Below, one piece after another: positions 45,680 through 56,892 of a stretch of DNA of 64,000 nucleotides (positions are counted from its first letter, which is position 1; each line of letters begins with the position of its first letter). A program made the translations under genes and the position numbers. Source of the DNA: an uncultured Planctomycetia bacterium (lineage in GTDB: Bacteria; Omnitrophota; Gorgyraeia; VGKH01; JBHPFN01); assembly GCA_964406665.1 (NCBI GenBank), contig CAYOSQ010000002.1:3598-67597 (forward strand), read 5' to 3'. A model generated the notes under the pieces. It was not told the origin of the DNA, did not search any database, and saw only the letters and a list, made by a program, of their open reading frames with translations.

Positions 45680-46740
45680 ATTGCTTCCGCCATTTCTTTT
45701 GTCCCTACGGCGGTAGGGTCGTCTCTGTGAGGTTTTAAATCGTATGTAACTGATTTTCCTTCAGTTAATACTTTAATAATTGCTTGTTCTAATCGGTCTG
45801 CTGCCTCGGATTCATTGATATGTCTAAGAAGCAATACTCCGGAAAGGATGGTTGCTGTGGGATTAACTTTGTTTTTCCCGGCATATTTTGGAGCAGAGCC
45901 ATGAACCGGCTCAAATAAAGCTATATCCTTGCCAATATTTGCTCCAGGGGCTATGCCTAAGCCACCAACAAGTCCAGCGCATAAATCTGAAATTATATCC
46001 CCATACAGATTAGGCAATACAAGCACATCAAAATTATTAGGTTTTTGGACTAATTGCATAGACATATTATCAACGATCATTTCTTCGAATTCTACGTCTT
46101 TGTATGTTTTGGCAACGTCACGACCAACCTTTAGAAATAAACCATCAGTGAACTTCATTATATTTGCTTTATGAACAACTGTTACTTTTTTGCGGTTATT
46201 TTTTACAGCATAATCAAAAGCAAATTTTATTATTCTTTCTGAACCTGTAATCGATATTGGCTTTATTGAAATTGCAGAATCTTTTCTAATTTTCTTTTTT
46301 TGAAAGGATTCAATTTTACTTATAAGCTCTTTTGTTTCGTTTGCGCCTTCTTCAAATTCTATTCCAGCATAAAGGTCTTCGGTGTTTTCTCTAACAACAA
46401 CTAAATCTAAATTTTCATACATTGATTTAGTTCCCGGATACGACTTAGCAGGTCTAAGGCAAGCATATAGATCAAGGGTCTGTCTTAGCTGAACGTTTAC
46501 CGAGCGGAATCCTCCGGCGATAGGTGTGATAATAGGGCCTTTAATAGCAATTTTGTTCTTTTTAATTGAATCAACTGTTTCTTGTGGTAAAAGGGTACCG
46601 AATTTTTTCTGAGCTTCTTCGCCTGCGATGGCTTCTTCCCAATCGAATTTTATACCGGTTGCATCTAAGCACATTCTGGTTGCACTTGCAACCTCTGGGC
46701 CAATTCCGTCACCGGGGATAATTGTAACTTTGTATGTCAT
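45661..46740 (-). CDS. Isocitrate / 3-isopropylmalate dehydrogenase family oxidoreductase
   Basis: [11 protein letters not shown]...[10 protein letters not shown] decarboxylating dehydrogenase motifs. Specific substrate not resolved. Flanked by mdh and leuD/leuC-like genes. Confidence 0.8.
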   Translation of the reverse strand: MTYKVTIIPGDGIGPEVASATRMCLDATGIKFDWEEAIAGEEAQKKFGTLLPQETVDSIKKNKIAIKGPIITPIAGGFRSVNVQLRQTLDLYACLRPAKSYPGTKSMYENLDLVVVRENTEDLYAGIEFEEGANETKELISKIESFQKKKIRKDSAISIKPISITGSERIIKFAFDYAVKNNRKKVTVVHKANIMKFTDGLFLKVGRDVAKTYKDVEFEEMIVDNMSMQLVQKPNNFDVLVLPNLYGDIISDLCAGLVGGLGIAPGANIGKDIALFEPVHGSAPKYAGKNKVNPTATILSGVLLLRHINESEAADRLEQAIIKVLTEGKSVTYDLKPHRDDPTAVGTKEMAEAICQKLQ

Positions 46741-47237
46741 AAATTTATCCTGTTATTTTTCTTTAAGTGTTCTACTATTCCTCCGTCGGCAAGAAGAGTT
46801 CTTATGATTTTCGGTAAAGCCTTTATTTGTAACACTTTTTTATTTTTATTATTAATTAATTTACCTTTTATTAGATCAATCTCTAAGAAATCAGAATCTT
46901 TGATTAGATTTGTATTTGTTTCAATAAGTGGCAAGCCAATATTGAATGCATTTCTGTAGAAAATTCTTGCGAAGCTTTTTGCAGCAACAGCGATTACACC
47001 GGCTTTTTTTAATACTAGAGGCGCTTGTTCTCTAGAAGAACCCATTCCAAAGTTATTTCCAGCAACAACAATTGATTTACCAGGTTTAAGTTTTTTGTAA
47101 AATCCTGGGTCGATATCTTCGAAAACATGCTTGCATAGTTCGTTCATGTCAGTTATGGAAAATTTATACCTTCCTGAAATAATTAGATCAGTATTGATAT
47201 CGTTGCCGAATTTATACGCGAAGCCTTTTAGTTTCAT
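46737..47237 (-). CDS. leuD: 3-isopropylmalate dehydratase small subunit-like (LeuD / aconitase-swivel)
   Basis: 166-aa small LeuD type; [13 protein letters not shown]. Confidence 0.8.
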   Translation of the reverse strand: MKLKGFAYKFGNDINTDLIISGRYKFSITDMNELCKHVFEDIDPGFYKKLKPGKSIVVAGNNFGMGSSREQAPLVLKKAGVIAVAAKSFARIFYRNAFNIGLPLIETNTNLIKDSDFLEIDLIKGKLINNKNKKVLQIKALPKIIRTLLADGGIVEHLKKNNRINL

Positions 47238-47238
47238 T

Positions 47239-48285
47239 TTACAGGTTCTTGAATTCTTCTGGATTTTTGATTTTGTTTAAGGCAGTTTCGTAGCTTATTA
47301 CACCGGCTTGATAAAGCTCTTTTAAGCATTTATCCATAGTGTTCATTCCGTATTGGCTGCCTGTTTGAATCAGTGTTGGAATTTGTTCGATCTCTTGTTC
47401 TCTGATAAGATTACGGATCCCTGGAGTTCCGATCATGACTTCTGTTGACAGAACTCTTCCTTGTCCCCCAATTCTAGGTAGCAATAGCTGAGAAACAACA
47501 CCTTGAATACAATCCGAAAGCTGTAGTTTTACCTGCTGTTGTTGGTGAGGAGGAAATACATCAATAATTCTTTCAATAGTTTGGGGAGCATCAGGCGTAT
47601 GCAATGTGGCAAGAACAAGATGACCTGTTTCAGCAGCGGTTAAAGCTGTGGAAATTGTTTCTAAGTCTCTCATTTCTCCTACTATAATAACATCAGGATC
47701 TTGACGCAAAGTGTGAATTAGCGCATTAGAAAATGAATGCGTATCTGCATGCACTTCTCTTTGTTTTATGATACTTTTTTTATTGTAGTGGATGAATTCT
47801 ATAGGATCTTCTATGCTTATTATCATGCTTTCGCGCTCACGGTTGATTAGGTCAACCATAACAGCTAAGGTAGTAGTTTTGCCCACACCAGTAGGGCCAG
47901 TAACAAGAACCAATCCATTTGGTTTTCTAGCAAGGTCCATGATAATGTTTGGTATTCCTAGTTTTTCTGCACTAGGAACGAAAAGAGGAATTCTTCTAAA
48001 AGCAACCTCTACAGAACCTTTCTGGATATGAACGTTAACCCTGAATCTATCTAATCCAGGAAGAGCAAGCGACATATCTAGTTCTTTTTCTTTCTCAAAT
48101 ATTTCTTTTTGCATATCTGTCAAAGCGCTATAAATAAGTCGCTTTGTATCTTCTCTAGTTAAAGGAGGAAGCTTTGACAGGACTAGCTTGCCGTCAATAC
48201 GAAGCACTGGAGGCGTGTTTTCAGTAAGGTGTAAGTCTGAAGCATTTTTTTCAATTGTTAACATCAGCAGGTCTCTTAATTGCAT
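47239..48285 (-). CDS. pilT: Type IV pilus twitching-motility ATPase PilT
   Basis: GLVLVTGPTGVGKTTTLA Walker A; GEMRD, Asp and His boxes. 348 aa is the PilT size rather than PilB. Confidence 0.85.
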   Translation of the reverse strand: MQLRDLLMLTIEKNASDLHLTENTPPVLRIDGKLVLSKLPPLTREDTKRLIYSALTDMQKEIFEKEKELDMSLALPGLDRFRVNVHIQKGSVEVAFRRIPLFVPSAEKLGIPNIIMDLARKPNGLVLVTGPTGVGKTTTLAVMVDLINRERESMIISIEDPIEFIHYNKKSIIKQREVHADTHSFSNALIHTLRQDPDVIIVGEMRDLETISTALTAAETGHLVLATLHTPDAPQTIERIIDVFPPHQQQQVKLQLSDCIQGVVSQLLLPRIGGQGRVLSTEVMIGTPGIRNLIREQEIEQIPTLIQTGSQYGMNTMDKCLKELYQAGVISYETALNKIKNPEEFKNL

Positions 48286-48296
48286 TTTTAGTCCTC

Positions 48297-49565
48297 CTAT
48301 TTGTTTTTCTTAAAGAATTTTCTAGGATCTGTAATTTTACCTTCAATAACCGAAGCAGCAACTGTTGCCGGAGATGCTAGATAGATGAATGCGTTTGGAT
48401 TTCCCATTCTGCCTTTAAAATTTCTATTTGCTGTGGAAAGCGCTACTTCATTATCGGCTAATACACCTTCATGTGTACCAACGCATGGACCACAGCCAGG
48501 ATTAATTATCACAGCACCAGCTTTTACTAATACATCAATAATACCAAGTTTTAGCGCATCTAGAAATACTTTTTTTGAAGCAGGTCCAACTATGAATTTA
48601 ATTCCCTTTTTTACCTTTTTTTCTTTTAAAATACTTGCTGCAATTTTTAAGTCTTCAAGTCTTCCGTTAGTACAAGTTCCTATGAATCCTTCGTGTATTA
48701 TTTTCCCAGCAATTTTATTAATTGGTGCTACATTATCAACGGTGTGTGGACGGGCTATCTGCGGAACAAGTTTAGAAACATCGTATCTAATTATTTTAGA
48801 ATAAGCGGCGTTTTCATCTGCCTTCTGCGCATTGCCAACTTTTGTTATTCCTTGTTTTTTCAGCCAGCTGTATGTTTTTTTGTCAGCTTCGAATATTCCT
48901 GCCTTCGCCCCCATCTCAACTACCATGTTTGAAATGGTTAGGCGTGAGTCTACGCTTAGGTTCTTTGTAGCGCTACCGTAAAATTCAACAGCTTTATATG
49001 TAGAGCCATTTGCGGTTAAATCTCCGATAATATAAAGAATTATATCTTTAGCAAAAACACCGTTAGGTAATTTACCGTCAATAATAATCTTAATTGTTTC
49101 GGGGACTCTAAACCAATTTTTCCCAGTAGCTAAGGTTATGGCTAAATCTGTAGAGCCAACTCCGGTCGAGAAGACATTTAGTGCCCCATAGGTACATGTA
49201 TGCGAGTCAGCTCCTAAAACCAGCATACCAGGTAAAACAGAACCGCTTTCAGGAATTACTTGATGGCAGATTCCACAGCCAACATCATAAACTTCTAGTT
49301 TAAAATCTTTAGCAAAATCAGTCATTCTTTTGTGAACCGTAGATACTCGCTGGCTAGGACTTGGGGCATTGTGATCTATAACCATGCAAAACTTATTTTT
49401 ATTTGTGAGTTTCTTTATTCCAAGTTCTTCAATTCTTTCTACGATGAGCACGCTTGTTCCGTCTTGTCCGAAACAAAAATCAACATCGCAAACGGCATAA
49501 TCTCCAGCGTGAAGATCTTTTTTTGCATGATTGCTTAATATTTTTTCTGCTATTGTTTTGCCCAT
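48297..49565 (-). CDS. leuC: 3-isopropylmalate dehydratase large subunit-like (LeuC, 420-aa type)
   Basis: Aconitase family Fe-S ligands (CGPCVG...). Pairs with the LeuD gene. Confidence 0.8.
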   Translation of the reverse strand: MGKTIAEKILSNHAKKDLHAGDYAVCDVDFCFGQDGTSVLIVERIEELGIKKLTNKNKFCMVIDHNAPSPSQRVSTVHKRMTDFAKDFKLEVYDVGCGICHQVIPESGSVLPGMLVLGADSHTCTYGALNVFSTGVGSTDLAITLATGKNWFRVPETIKIIIDGKLPNGVFAKDIILYIIGDLTANGSTYKAVEFYGSATKNLSVDSRLTISNMVVEMGAKAGIFEADKKTYSWLKKQGITKVGNAQKADENAAYSKIIRYDVSKLVPQIARPHTVDNVAPINKIAGKIIHEGFIGTCTNGRLEDLKIAASILKEKKVKKGIKFIVGPASKKVFLDALKLGIIDVLVKAGAVIINPGCGPCVGTHEGVLADNEVALSTANRNFKGRMGNPNAFIYLASPATVAASVIEGKITDPRKFFKKNK

Positions 49566-50710
49566 TGTTCTATTCTATCTAAACCTTCTTTGATTGTAGC
49601 AATATCAGCAGCAAAGCTCAGTCGTACAAATCCTTCTGCACCAAATCCAACCCCTGGAACTAAGGCAACTTTCTTTTTTTCAAGCAGCTTTTTTGCGAAT
49701 GATTTTGAATCTTTAGATAATTTTGAAATATTGCAGAATACGTAAAAGGCACCCTGCGGTTTTATGTAGCTTATTTTATCTATTTTATCCAAACGCGAAA
49801 GTATGTAATCTCTGCGCTTCTCAAATTTTGCTCGCATTTGTTCAATGTTCTTGCTGGGTAGTTTAAGCGCAGCAACAGTAGCCATTTGGCTTATGGAGCT
49901 TGGATTTGAGGTTGAGTGGTCTTGAATTTTCTTAATTGATTTAGCAATCGCTAAAGGTGCTCCTAAATAGCCTATTCTCCATCCAGTCATTGAATAAGCC
50001 TTAGATACTCCATTAACTGTAATAGTTATGCCTAAAACTTTTTTGTCAAGTGAGCCTATAGACACATGTTTTTTGTTGTCATATAACAGCTTTTCATAAA
50101 TTTCGTCGCTTATGATTAAGATTTTATTCTTTACACATATTTTAGCAATTTTGATAAGTTCAGCTTTGTTGTAAATAGAACCGGTTGGATTTGATGGAGA
50201 ATTTAAAATTATTGCTTTAGTTCTTTTTGTAAGTAACTTTTTTAATTCTAAGGGGTTTATCTTGAAGTTGTCTTTGGATTCAGTTTTTAAAAAGACTGCT
50301 TTAGCATCAGCAAGCTTTACCATTTCTGGGTAACTGACCCAATAGGGTTTAGGGATTATGACTTCGTCACCTTTTTGAGCAATTGCTTGGAATACGTTAT
50401 ATAGACAGTGTTTTGCCCCAGAGCTGACGACTATTTGTTCTGGTGAATAGCTTAGTCTGTTTTCAGATTTGAATTTGTTTGATATCGCTTTTCTTAAGGC
50501 TGGTGTGCCGATTGAAGGGGTGTATTTGGTGAAACCTTGTTTTATAGCAGTTATTGCCGCTTTTTTTATAGGTATGGGAGTATCAAAATCAGGTTCTCCG
50601 GCAGCAAATCCGACAACGTCGTGTCCTTCGGCTTTCAATTTCTTTGCCAAAGAAGTTATTTCTAAAGTTGCTGACGGTGTTACTTTTAATACCCTTTTTG
50701 ATAGACACAT
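49550..50710 (-). CDS. Class I/II aminotransferase (aspartate aminotransferase-like)
   Basis: PLP fold type I; SKAYSMTGWRIGY lysine motif. Confidence 0.8.
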   Translation of the reverse strand: MCLSKRVLKVTPSATLEITSLAKKLKAEGHDVVGFAAGEPDFDTPIPIKKAAITAIKQGFTKYTPSIGTPALRKAISNKFKSENRLSYSPEQIVVSSGAKHCLYNVFQAIAQKGDEVIIPKPYWVSYPEMVKLADAKAVFLKTESKDNFKINPLELKKLLTKRTKAIILNSPSNPTGSIYNKAELIKIAKICVKNKILIISDEIYEKLLYDNKKHVSIGSLDKKVLGITITVNGVSKAYSMTGWRIGYLGAPLAIAKSIKKIQDHSTSNPSSISQMATVAALKLPSKNIEQMRAKFEKRRDYILSRLDKIDKISYIKPQGAFYVFCNISKLSKDSKSFAKKLLEKKKVALVPGVGFGAEGFVRLSFAADIATIKEGLDRIEQWAKQ

Positions 50711-50725
50711 TATTTATGGGGTTTA

Positions 50726-51346
50726 TTATTTAGAATCACGCTCTTTCTTCATAAATTTACGCAAACCGCTGAAAAATTTCTTTTTAGGTTTCTCTTCTGC
50801 TTGTTTCTTTTCTTTTGTTTCATGTTTTTGCTTCTGAACTTTTTCATCAGGAACTATTTTTGATTCCTGTTTTTTTACTTCAGGCTTTTCTTTAACAATT
50901 TTTTTACTGGTGTCTTTAGGTTCTTCCTTGGATTTCTTTGGTTGCTCAGCAACAGCTGCTTTTTGTTTTGAAGCCGGCTTAGGTTTTTCTTTCAATTCTG
51001 TAAGTTCTAATATGACTCTTTGGGCATTATCTCCGCGTCTGCTAGTAATGTTTAATATTCTTGTATATCCACCTTCTCTTTTGCTAAAGCGAGGTGCAAT
51101 TTCTGTAAAAAGATGGCTTACAATGCGATGATCTATCAGTATTTTGAAAGCAATTCTTCGGGCAGACAGTGTATTTTTTTTGCCCAAGGTTATAAGTTTC
51201 TCAACTAGTCTTCTAGCTGCTTTTGCTTTGACCTTTGTAGTCTTGACACTTTCATATTTAATCACGGATCTAGCAATGTCTCTAAGAGTTGCTTTTTTAA
51301 GACTCGTATTTCTATTTAGATTTCCTTTTGCTCTTTTGTGCCTCAT
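50726..51346 (-). CDS. rplQ: 50S ribosomal protein L17 with an approximately 85-aa Lys/Glu-rich C-terminal extension
   Basis: MRHKRAKGNLNR...TTKVKAKAARRLVEKLITLGK L17 core, then a low-complexity K/E tail. Confidence 0.9.
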   Translation of the reverse strand: MRHKRAKGNLNRNTSLKKATLRDIARSVIKYESVKTTKVKAKAARRLVEKLITLGKKNTLSARRIAFKILIDHRIVSHLFTEIAPRFSKREGGYTRILNITSRRGDNAQRVILELTELKEKPKPASKQKAAVAEQPKKSKEEPKDTSKKIVKEKPEVKKQESKIVPDEKVQKQKHETKEKKQAEEKPKKKFFSGLRKFMKKERDSK

Positions 51347-51347
51347 T

Positions 51348-52340
51348 TTATTTTTTCTCTCTTAATTTTTTTACGTCAACTTTCATTCCTAAAGAAATGC
51401 CCATTCCTTTGAGCAGTTCATTAATTTCGGTTAATGATTTTTTTCCGAAATTCCTAAATCCAAGTAGTTCGCTTTCCGGTTTTCTTACTAAATCACCGAT
51501 AGACTTAATGTTTGCATCTTTTAGACAGTTAGAGCTTCTAACCGAAAGTTCTAGCTCGGAAATTGGCAACCTTAGTTTATCATATAATTCTTTTTCTTCT
51601 GCAGTTACTTCTTCTTCCTCTTCTTCCTCTTCGGGAAGTTGTCCAAAGTTTACGAAGACATCTAAATGTCTCTGAAGTATATTGGCAGCATACAGAAGAG
51701 TATCTTTTGGTGTTACTCCGCCGTTGGTCCAAATTTCCAGTATTAGCTTGTCATAATCGGTTCTTTGACCAACGCGAGTATTCTCAGAATGGAAGCTTAC
51801 TTTTTTCACTGGTGTGAAGATAGAATCGATGGGAATTACCCCTATCGGCTGCTCTTCTTTTTTGTTAGCATCAGCAGGAACATATCCCCTTCCTTTGGCT
51901 ACTTCCATTTCTAGATTAAACTTGGTATTATCTGTAAGGGTGGCTATGTGAAGATTTGGATTGATGATTTCTACAGTTTCATCTGCGATGATATCCTTAG
52001 CTTTTATTTCACCTTTTTTGCTAGCTTTGATATAAATTGTTTTGGGCGTCTTTGCATGAGAGCGCAAAATAAGTGACTTTATGTTAAGAATAATATCTGT
52101 AACATCTTCTAGTACTCCCGGAATGTTTGAGAATTCGTGCAAAACACCGTCAAATTTAACAGATGTGACAGCACTTCCCTCAACTGAAGACAGTAAAATT
52201 CTTCTTAATGAATTTCCCAGAGTGACACCGTAGCCTCTTTCAAAAGGCTCTGCGATGAATTTTCCATAAGTTGTTGTATATGATGCCTCATCGCATTCTA
52301 ATCTATTCGGCATCTGGAAATCTTTCCACTTTATACCCAT
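51348..52340 (-). CDS. rpoA: DNA-directed RNA polymerase alpha subunit
   Basis: 330 aa; NTD and CTD motifs. Confidence 0.95.
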   Translation of the reverse strand: MGIKWKDFQMPNRLECDEASYTTTYGKFIAEPFERGYGVTLGNSLRRILLSSVEGSAVTSVKFDGVLHEFSNIPGVLEDVTDIILNIKSLILRSHAKTPKTIYIKASKKGEIKAKDIIADETVEIINPNLHIATLTDNTKFNLEMEVAKGRGYVPADANKKEEQPIGVIPIDSIFTPVKKVSFHSENTRVGQRTDYDKLILEIWTNGGVTPKDTLLYAANILQRHLDVFVNFGQLPEEEEEEEEVTAEEKELYDKLRLPISELELSVRSSNCLKDANIKSIGDLVRKPESELLGFRNFGKKSLTEINELLKGMGISLGMKVDVKKLREKK

Positions 52341-52382
52341 TATTACCTCCTGCTTCCTGAAATTGCTAAGTTAGTAAAAGTT

Positions 52383-53009
52383 TTATTTTGAATATAATTC
52401 GACGATTAAGTGTTCCTGTATTGGCATCTCAATATCGCCTCTATTGGGAATTCGACTGATTTTTCCTGAAACTTCAGTCTCATTTAGTTCTATCCAATCA
52501 GGGATGCTTCTATCTTTACAAAGTTCTATATTGTCCTTAAATCTCTTAATACTTTTTTCTTTTTGTTTAGTTGTTATGGAATCATCAGCTTTTACAAGAT
52601 ATGAAGGAATATTTACCTTGCGATTGTTAACTAAAATATGTCCATGTCTTACGATCTGCCTAGCTTCAGTGCGAGAAGTGGCAAAGTGTAAGTTAAAGAT
52701 TACGTTGTCTAGCCTGCGTTCAAGTAGCTGAAGTAAAATTTCTCCAGTTACGCCTTTTATGGAAGCAGCTTTTTTGAAATATTTGCGAAACTGTCTCTCG
52801 AGAATTCCATAAGTTCTTTTTACTTTTTGTTTTTCTCTAAGCTGTAAAGCGTAGTTAGAGGCTTTGGTACGTCTTGTACCGTGCATTCCCGGAGGGGTTT
52901 GCCTTTTTGCCACAGCGCATTTATCTGTATAGCATCTTTTTCCCTTAAGGAATAGTTTTGTAGCCTCTCTTCTACATAATCTACAGCTAGGTCCGGTGTA
53001 TCTTGCCAT
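52383..53009 (-). CDS. rpsD: 30S ribosomal protein S4 (zinc-finger variant)
   Basis: [31 protein letters not shown] has a C4 motif. Confidence 0.95.
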   Translation of the reverse strand: MARYTGPSCRLCRREATKLFLKGKRCYTDKCAVAKRQTPPGMHGTRRTKASNYALQLREKQKVKRTYGILERQFRKYFKKAASIKGVTGEILLQLLERRLDNVIFNLHFATSRTEARQIVRHGHILVNNRKVNIPSYLVKADDSITTKQKEKSIKRFKDNIELCKDRSIPDWIELNETEVSGKISRIPNRGDIEMPIQEHLIVELYSK

Positions 53010-53027
53010 TAATTGCCTTTTCCTTTC

Positions 53028-53414
53028 TTAAACTCTTCTTCTTTTTCTTCCCCTGCAACCATTATGGGGCACAGGAGTAATATCTTTAACCGAAGTGACG
53101 TTTAATCCTGATGCTTGAAAAGCTCTAACTGCTGCTTCTCTTCCTGAGCCTGGTCCCTTCACAAAAATTTGAACTTCTTGCATGCCCAGCTCTTTTGATT
53201 TCTTGGCAGCATCGCTAGCAGCTATCTGCGCTGCAAAGGGAGTAGATTTTTTAGAACCACTAAAACCCATGACCCCAGGTGAAGACCAAACTAAAGTATT
53301 TCCATCTTTGTCAGAAATAGTAATTATGGTGTTATTGAAAGTTGCTTGCACCCTAACTATTCCACTAGATACTTTTCTGGTTATTTTCTTTTTAGATCTT
53401 TGTTTTTTTACCAT
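53028..53414 (-). CDS. rpsK: 30S ribosomal protein S11
   Basis: Sequence pattern and position in the alpha operon. Confidence 0.95.
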   Translation of the reverse strand: MVKKQRSKKKITRKVSSGIVRVQATFNNTIITISDKDGNTLVWSSPGVMGFSGSKKSTPFAAQIAASDAAKKSKELGMQEVQIFVKGPGSGREAAVRAFQASGLNVTSVKDITPVPHNGCRGRKRRRV

Positions 53415-53435
53415 TTACTTTCCTTTTTAATAACA

Positions 53436-53810
53436 CTAGTCCTTTTTCTTCATAACTGCAGAACCCTTTTTTGGTCCTTTCCTGGTTCTAGAATTGGTTT
53501 TTGTCCTTTGACCTCTTGCAGGAAGACCTTTTCTGTGTCTAGATCCACGATAACTTGTTGTATCTATAAGTCTTTTAATATTCTGTGATATCTCTCTTCT
53601 TAAGTCGCCTTCGAGCCTATGGTCTTTTTGAATAATAGCAACAATTTTAGAGACTTCTTCATCGGAAACATCTTTAGCCTTTTTGTTTGGGTCTATTTCG
53701 GCTTTTTTAAGTATCAGGTTAGATCGGTGTCTACCAACGCCATAAAGATACGTTAAAGCAATTTCAATTTTTTTGTCTTTTGGTAAGTCGATTCCTAGTA
53801 TTCTTGGCAT
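53436..53810 (-). CDS. rpsM: 30S ribosomal protein S13
   Basis: [10 protein letters not shown]... Confidence 0.95.
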   Translation of the reverse strand: MPRILGIDLPKDKKIEIALTYLYGVGRHRSNLILKKAEIDPNKKAKDVSDEEVSKIVAIIQKDHRLEGDLRREISQNIKRLIDTTSYRGSRHRKGLPARGQRTKTNSRTRKGPKKGSAVMKKKD

Positions 53811-53812
53811 AA

Positions 53813-53926
53813 TTATCCCTGTTTTTGTTTATGTTTTGGATTGATACAAATTACCCTTAAAACGCCTTTTCTTTTTATTATTTTACATTTGCCGCAAACT
53901 TTTCTTACTGAAGATTTAACCTTCAT
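53813..53926 (-). CDS. rpmJ: 50S ribosomal protein L36 (C+ zinc form), 37 aa; not in the ORF track
   Basis: [37 protein letters not shown]. Lies between infA and rpsM. Confidence 0.9.
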   Translation of the reverse strand: MKVKSSVRKVCGKCKIIKRKGVLRVICINPKHKQKQG

Positions 53927-53930
53927 AATT

Positions 53931-54149
53931 TTATTTACTCCTATATGTGATTCTGCCTCTATTTAAATCATAGGGAGATAATTCTAGCTTTACTTTATCA
54001 CCTGGCAAAATACGAATGAAATGCATTCTGATTTTCCCAGAAATGTGAGCAGTTATGATATGATCATTTTCCAGCTTTACTTTAAAAACAGCATTTGGTA
54101 AAGCTTCAACTACTACTCCTTCTACTTCAATTGCATCTTCTTTTGGCAT
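53931..54149 (-). CDS. infA: Translation initiation factor IF-1
   Basis: 72-aa S1-like fold; [13 protein letters not shown]. Confidence 0.95.
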   Translation of the reverse strand: MPKEDAIEVEGVVVEALPNAVFKVKLENDHIITAHISGKIRMHFIRILPGDKVKLELSPYDLNRGRITYRSK

Positions 54150-54152
54150 AAT

Positions 54153-54896
54153 TTATTGGGTTAAAATTACTGCTTTATCTTTCCCAACGGCTATTGTGTG
54201 TTCAAAATGCGCCGAGAGCGCCCTATCTTTTGTGACCGCAGTCCAGCCATTGTCTAGTACTTCTATTTCCCAGGTACCCATGTTTACCATTGGTTCTATC
54301 GCAAGAACCATTCCTTCTTCAAGTTTCGGACCTAGGTGCGGTTTTCCGAAATTTGGTATTTCTGGTTCTTCATGTATGGATTTTCCTATACCGTGACCAA
54401 CAAAATCTCTTACAACAGAAAATCCATTTTCCTCAACATGGTTTTGAATCGCTGAAGAAATATCAGTAAGGTGATTACCTTCAGTCGCCTTTTTTATTCC
54501 TAGGTGAAGAGCTTCTTTTGTTACATCGACAAGTTTTTTTACTTTTCCGTTCAATCTTCCAATCGGATAAGTTGCTGCTGCATCAGCATAATATCCATCC
54601 AGCTCAACGCCAATGTCGATGCTTACTATATCACCCTGATTGATAACTCGTCCGCTTGGGATTCCGTGAACAATTTCTTCATTAATTGATATGCATGCAC
54701 TGCCTGGAAACCCTCTGTAACCTTTAAATGCAGGCTTGCATCCAAAGGAGACTATCAGTTCTTCTGCTAGCGCATCAATTTCATGAGTTGTTAGGCCTGG
54801 TTTTAAATGAGCTTTTATTTTTTCAATAACCTTATTGAGTATGCTTCCAGCTTTTTTGATTTTTTCAATTTCATCAGGAGCTTTGATCGAAATCAT
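54153..54896 (-). CDS. map: Methionine aminopeptidase type I
   Basis: M24A metal ligands; 247 aa. Confidence 0.9.
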   Translation of the reverse strand: MISIKAPDEIEKIKKAGSILNKVIEKIKAHLKPGLTTHEIDALAEELIVSFGCKPAFKGYRGFPGSACISINEEIVHGIPSGRVINQGDIVSIDIGVELDGYYADAAATYPIGRLNGKVKKLVDVTKEALHLGIKKATEGNHLTDISSAIQNHVEENGFSVVRDFVGHGIGKSIHEEPEIPNFGKPHLGPKLEEGMVLAIEPMVNMGTWEIEVLDNGWTAVTKDRALSAHFEHTIAVGKDKAVILTQ

Positions 54897-55549
54897 AATA
54901 AATTTCGTTTTTTCAAAAGGTTTTCTAGTGCATCATTTACTTCTTGAGGTGTTAAGTTTGCGTTTATTTTTACTAGCGCACCCTCATTTTCATAAAACTC
55001 AAGAAGAGGTGAAATTTCTTTTAAGTAAACGTTTATTCTGTTTTCAATAGTTTCTCTTTTGTCGTCAGGTCTCTGAAATAACTCAGAGCCGCACTTGTCA
55101 CATGTGCTTGCTTCTTTTGGCGGCATATTCTTCATGTGGAATATTGCACCGCATTCTTTACAAGTCCTTCTTCCTTCCAATCTTTCTATAATAGCTTCTT
55201 TATCCATATCGAAATATAAAACTAAATCTAAATCATTGCTGATATTTTTAAGGGTTTTTTCTAATGATTCCGCTTGAGTTTTTGCTCGAGGAAAACCATC
55301 TAAAACAAAACCATTTTTTGCATCGCTGCGTAAAATTCTTTCTTTTATCATTTCATTTACAACACTATCAGGAACAAGCTCTCCGGATTCCATGTATCGC
55401 TTAGCTTCTTTGCCAAGAGCTGTGTCAGATTTAATTTCCTCTCTAAGCATGTCTCCAGTTGAAATATGAGGAATTTTAAAGGTCTCGCATAATTGTTTTG
55501 CCTGCGTTCCTTTTCCTGCGCCTGGAGGTCCTAAAAGTACAACTCTCAT
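54893..55549 (-). CDS. adk: Adenylate kinase (zinc-lid type)
   Basis: GPPGAGKGTQA; lid CxxC...CxxC (CKECG...CDKCG). Confidence 0.95.
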   Translation of the reverse strand: MRVVLLGPPGAGKGTQAKQLCETFKIPHISTGDMLREEIKSDTALGKEAKRYMESGELVPDSVVNEMIKERILRSDAKNGFVLDGFPRAKTQAESLEKTLKNISNDLDLVLYFDMDKEAIIERLEGRRTCKECGAIFHMKNMPPKEASTCDKCGSELFQRPDDKRETIENRINVYLKEISPLLEFYENEGALVKINANLTPQEVNDALENLLKKRNLL

Positions 55550-56892
55550 CGTCGTCCTCTGATTTGACCTGTTTTCATAAATCCTTCATAGTTTCGCATA
55601 AGTAAATGAGACTCTATTTGTTTCATAGTGTCTAGCATGACCCCGACAATAATAAGAATTCCCGTACCGCCGAAGAAAGACGCAACTAGTGGTGGAATGC
55701 CCAGCCAGGCACTTATAAAGTCAGGAAAAGTTGCTATGACAACAATGAACAATGCACCTGCTAGGGTTATGCGTGTCATTACAAAATCAAGATATTCAGC
55801 AGTTGGATTTCCTGGTCGAATGCCCGGGATAAATCCTCCATACTTCTTCATGTTTTCTGCAACATCTACAGGGTTAAATACAATAGCTGTATAGAAATAG
55901 TTAAAGAAAATAATTAAGCCTGCATAAACAAGAGTATAGAGTAAATGTCCCCTTACTAAACCTTGCGCCAATCTTTGGAATGCCGGATTGGGAATGAATG
56001 CAGCAATAGTTGCAGGGAACATAATAATAGCTTGAGCAAAGATTATTGAGATAACACCTGCTGTATCTACTTTAAGAGGAATATAGGTACTCTGTCCTCC
56101 ATAAACTCTTCTTCCGACAATTCGTCTTGCATACTGAACAGGAATTTTTCGCTGGCCTTGTGTGATAAATGTAACCGCCATGACAACGCCAACTAAAAGC
56201 CCAATCATGATTAAAAGTGTAAATGGTTCTATGGTTCCCAGTTCAGGGTTTTGCGGTGAAAGTCGAACAATCAATTCGTAAATTGCTGCAGGGATTCTAG
56301 ATATAATTCCAGCAGTAATTATAAGAGAAATACCGTTTCCAATTCCTCTTTCCTGAATTTGTTCTCCAAGCCACATTAGAAAAACAGTTCCTGCAGTTAA
56401 AGTCGCAACAGTTACTAATCTAAAACCTAATCCTGGGAAGAGGATTATTTTTAAACCTTCGAACCTGGCTGGGTTTTCTAGCCAAAGAGCGAGAAAAAAC
56501 GCTTGAACTAAACAAAGGGCAACTGTTCCAAAGCGCGTGATTTGATTAATCTTTTGATGTCCTGCCTTGCCTTCTTTTGACAATTTTTCAAGTTGTGGGA
56601 TAACTGCAGTTAATAACTGCATTATAATTGAACTTGAAATATAGGGCATGATTCCCAAGCCAAAAACAGACATTCTCTGCATGGCTCCACCGGAAAACAT
56701 ATTCATAATGCCCAAAATATTTCCGCCACCTGTAGATGTTAGTTTTTCAAAAAACTGAGAAAGAGCAGCACCGTTAATTCCTGGAGTTGGGATATAGCAT
56801 CCAACTCTGTAAACAATCAAAAGAGCTAGGGTGATGAATATCTTTTTTTTAAGCTCTGGAATTTTAAAAGCGTTTATAAATGCTTTAATCAT
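55546..56892 (-). CDS. secY: Preprotein translocase SecY
   Basis: 10-TM SecY pattern; 448 aa. Confidence 0.95.
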   Translation of the reverse strand: MIKAFINAFKIPELKKKIFITLALLIVYRVGCYIPTPGINGAALSQFFEKLTSTGGGNILGIMNMFSGGAMQRMSVFGLGIMPYISSSIIMQLLTAVIPQLEKLSKEGKAGHQKINQITRFGTVALCLVQAFFLALWLENPARFEGLKIILFPGLGFRLVTVATLTAGTVFLMWLGEQIQERGIGNGISLIITAGIISRIPAAIYELIVRLSPQNPELGTIEPFTLLIMIGLLVGVVMAVTFITQGQRKIPVQYARRIVGRRVYGGQSTYIPLKVDTAGVISIIFAQAIIMFPATIAAFIPNPAFQRLAQGLVRGHLLYTLVYAGLIIFFNYFYTAIVFNPVDVAENMKKYGGFIPGIRPGNPTAEYLDFVMTRITLAGALFIVVIATFPDFISAWLGIPPLVASFFGGTGILIIVGVMLDTMKQIESHLLMRNYEGFMKTGQIRGRR

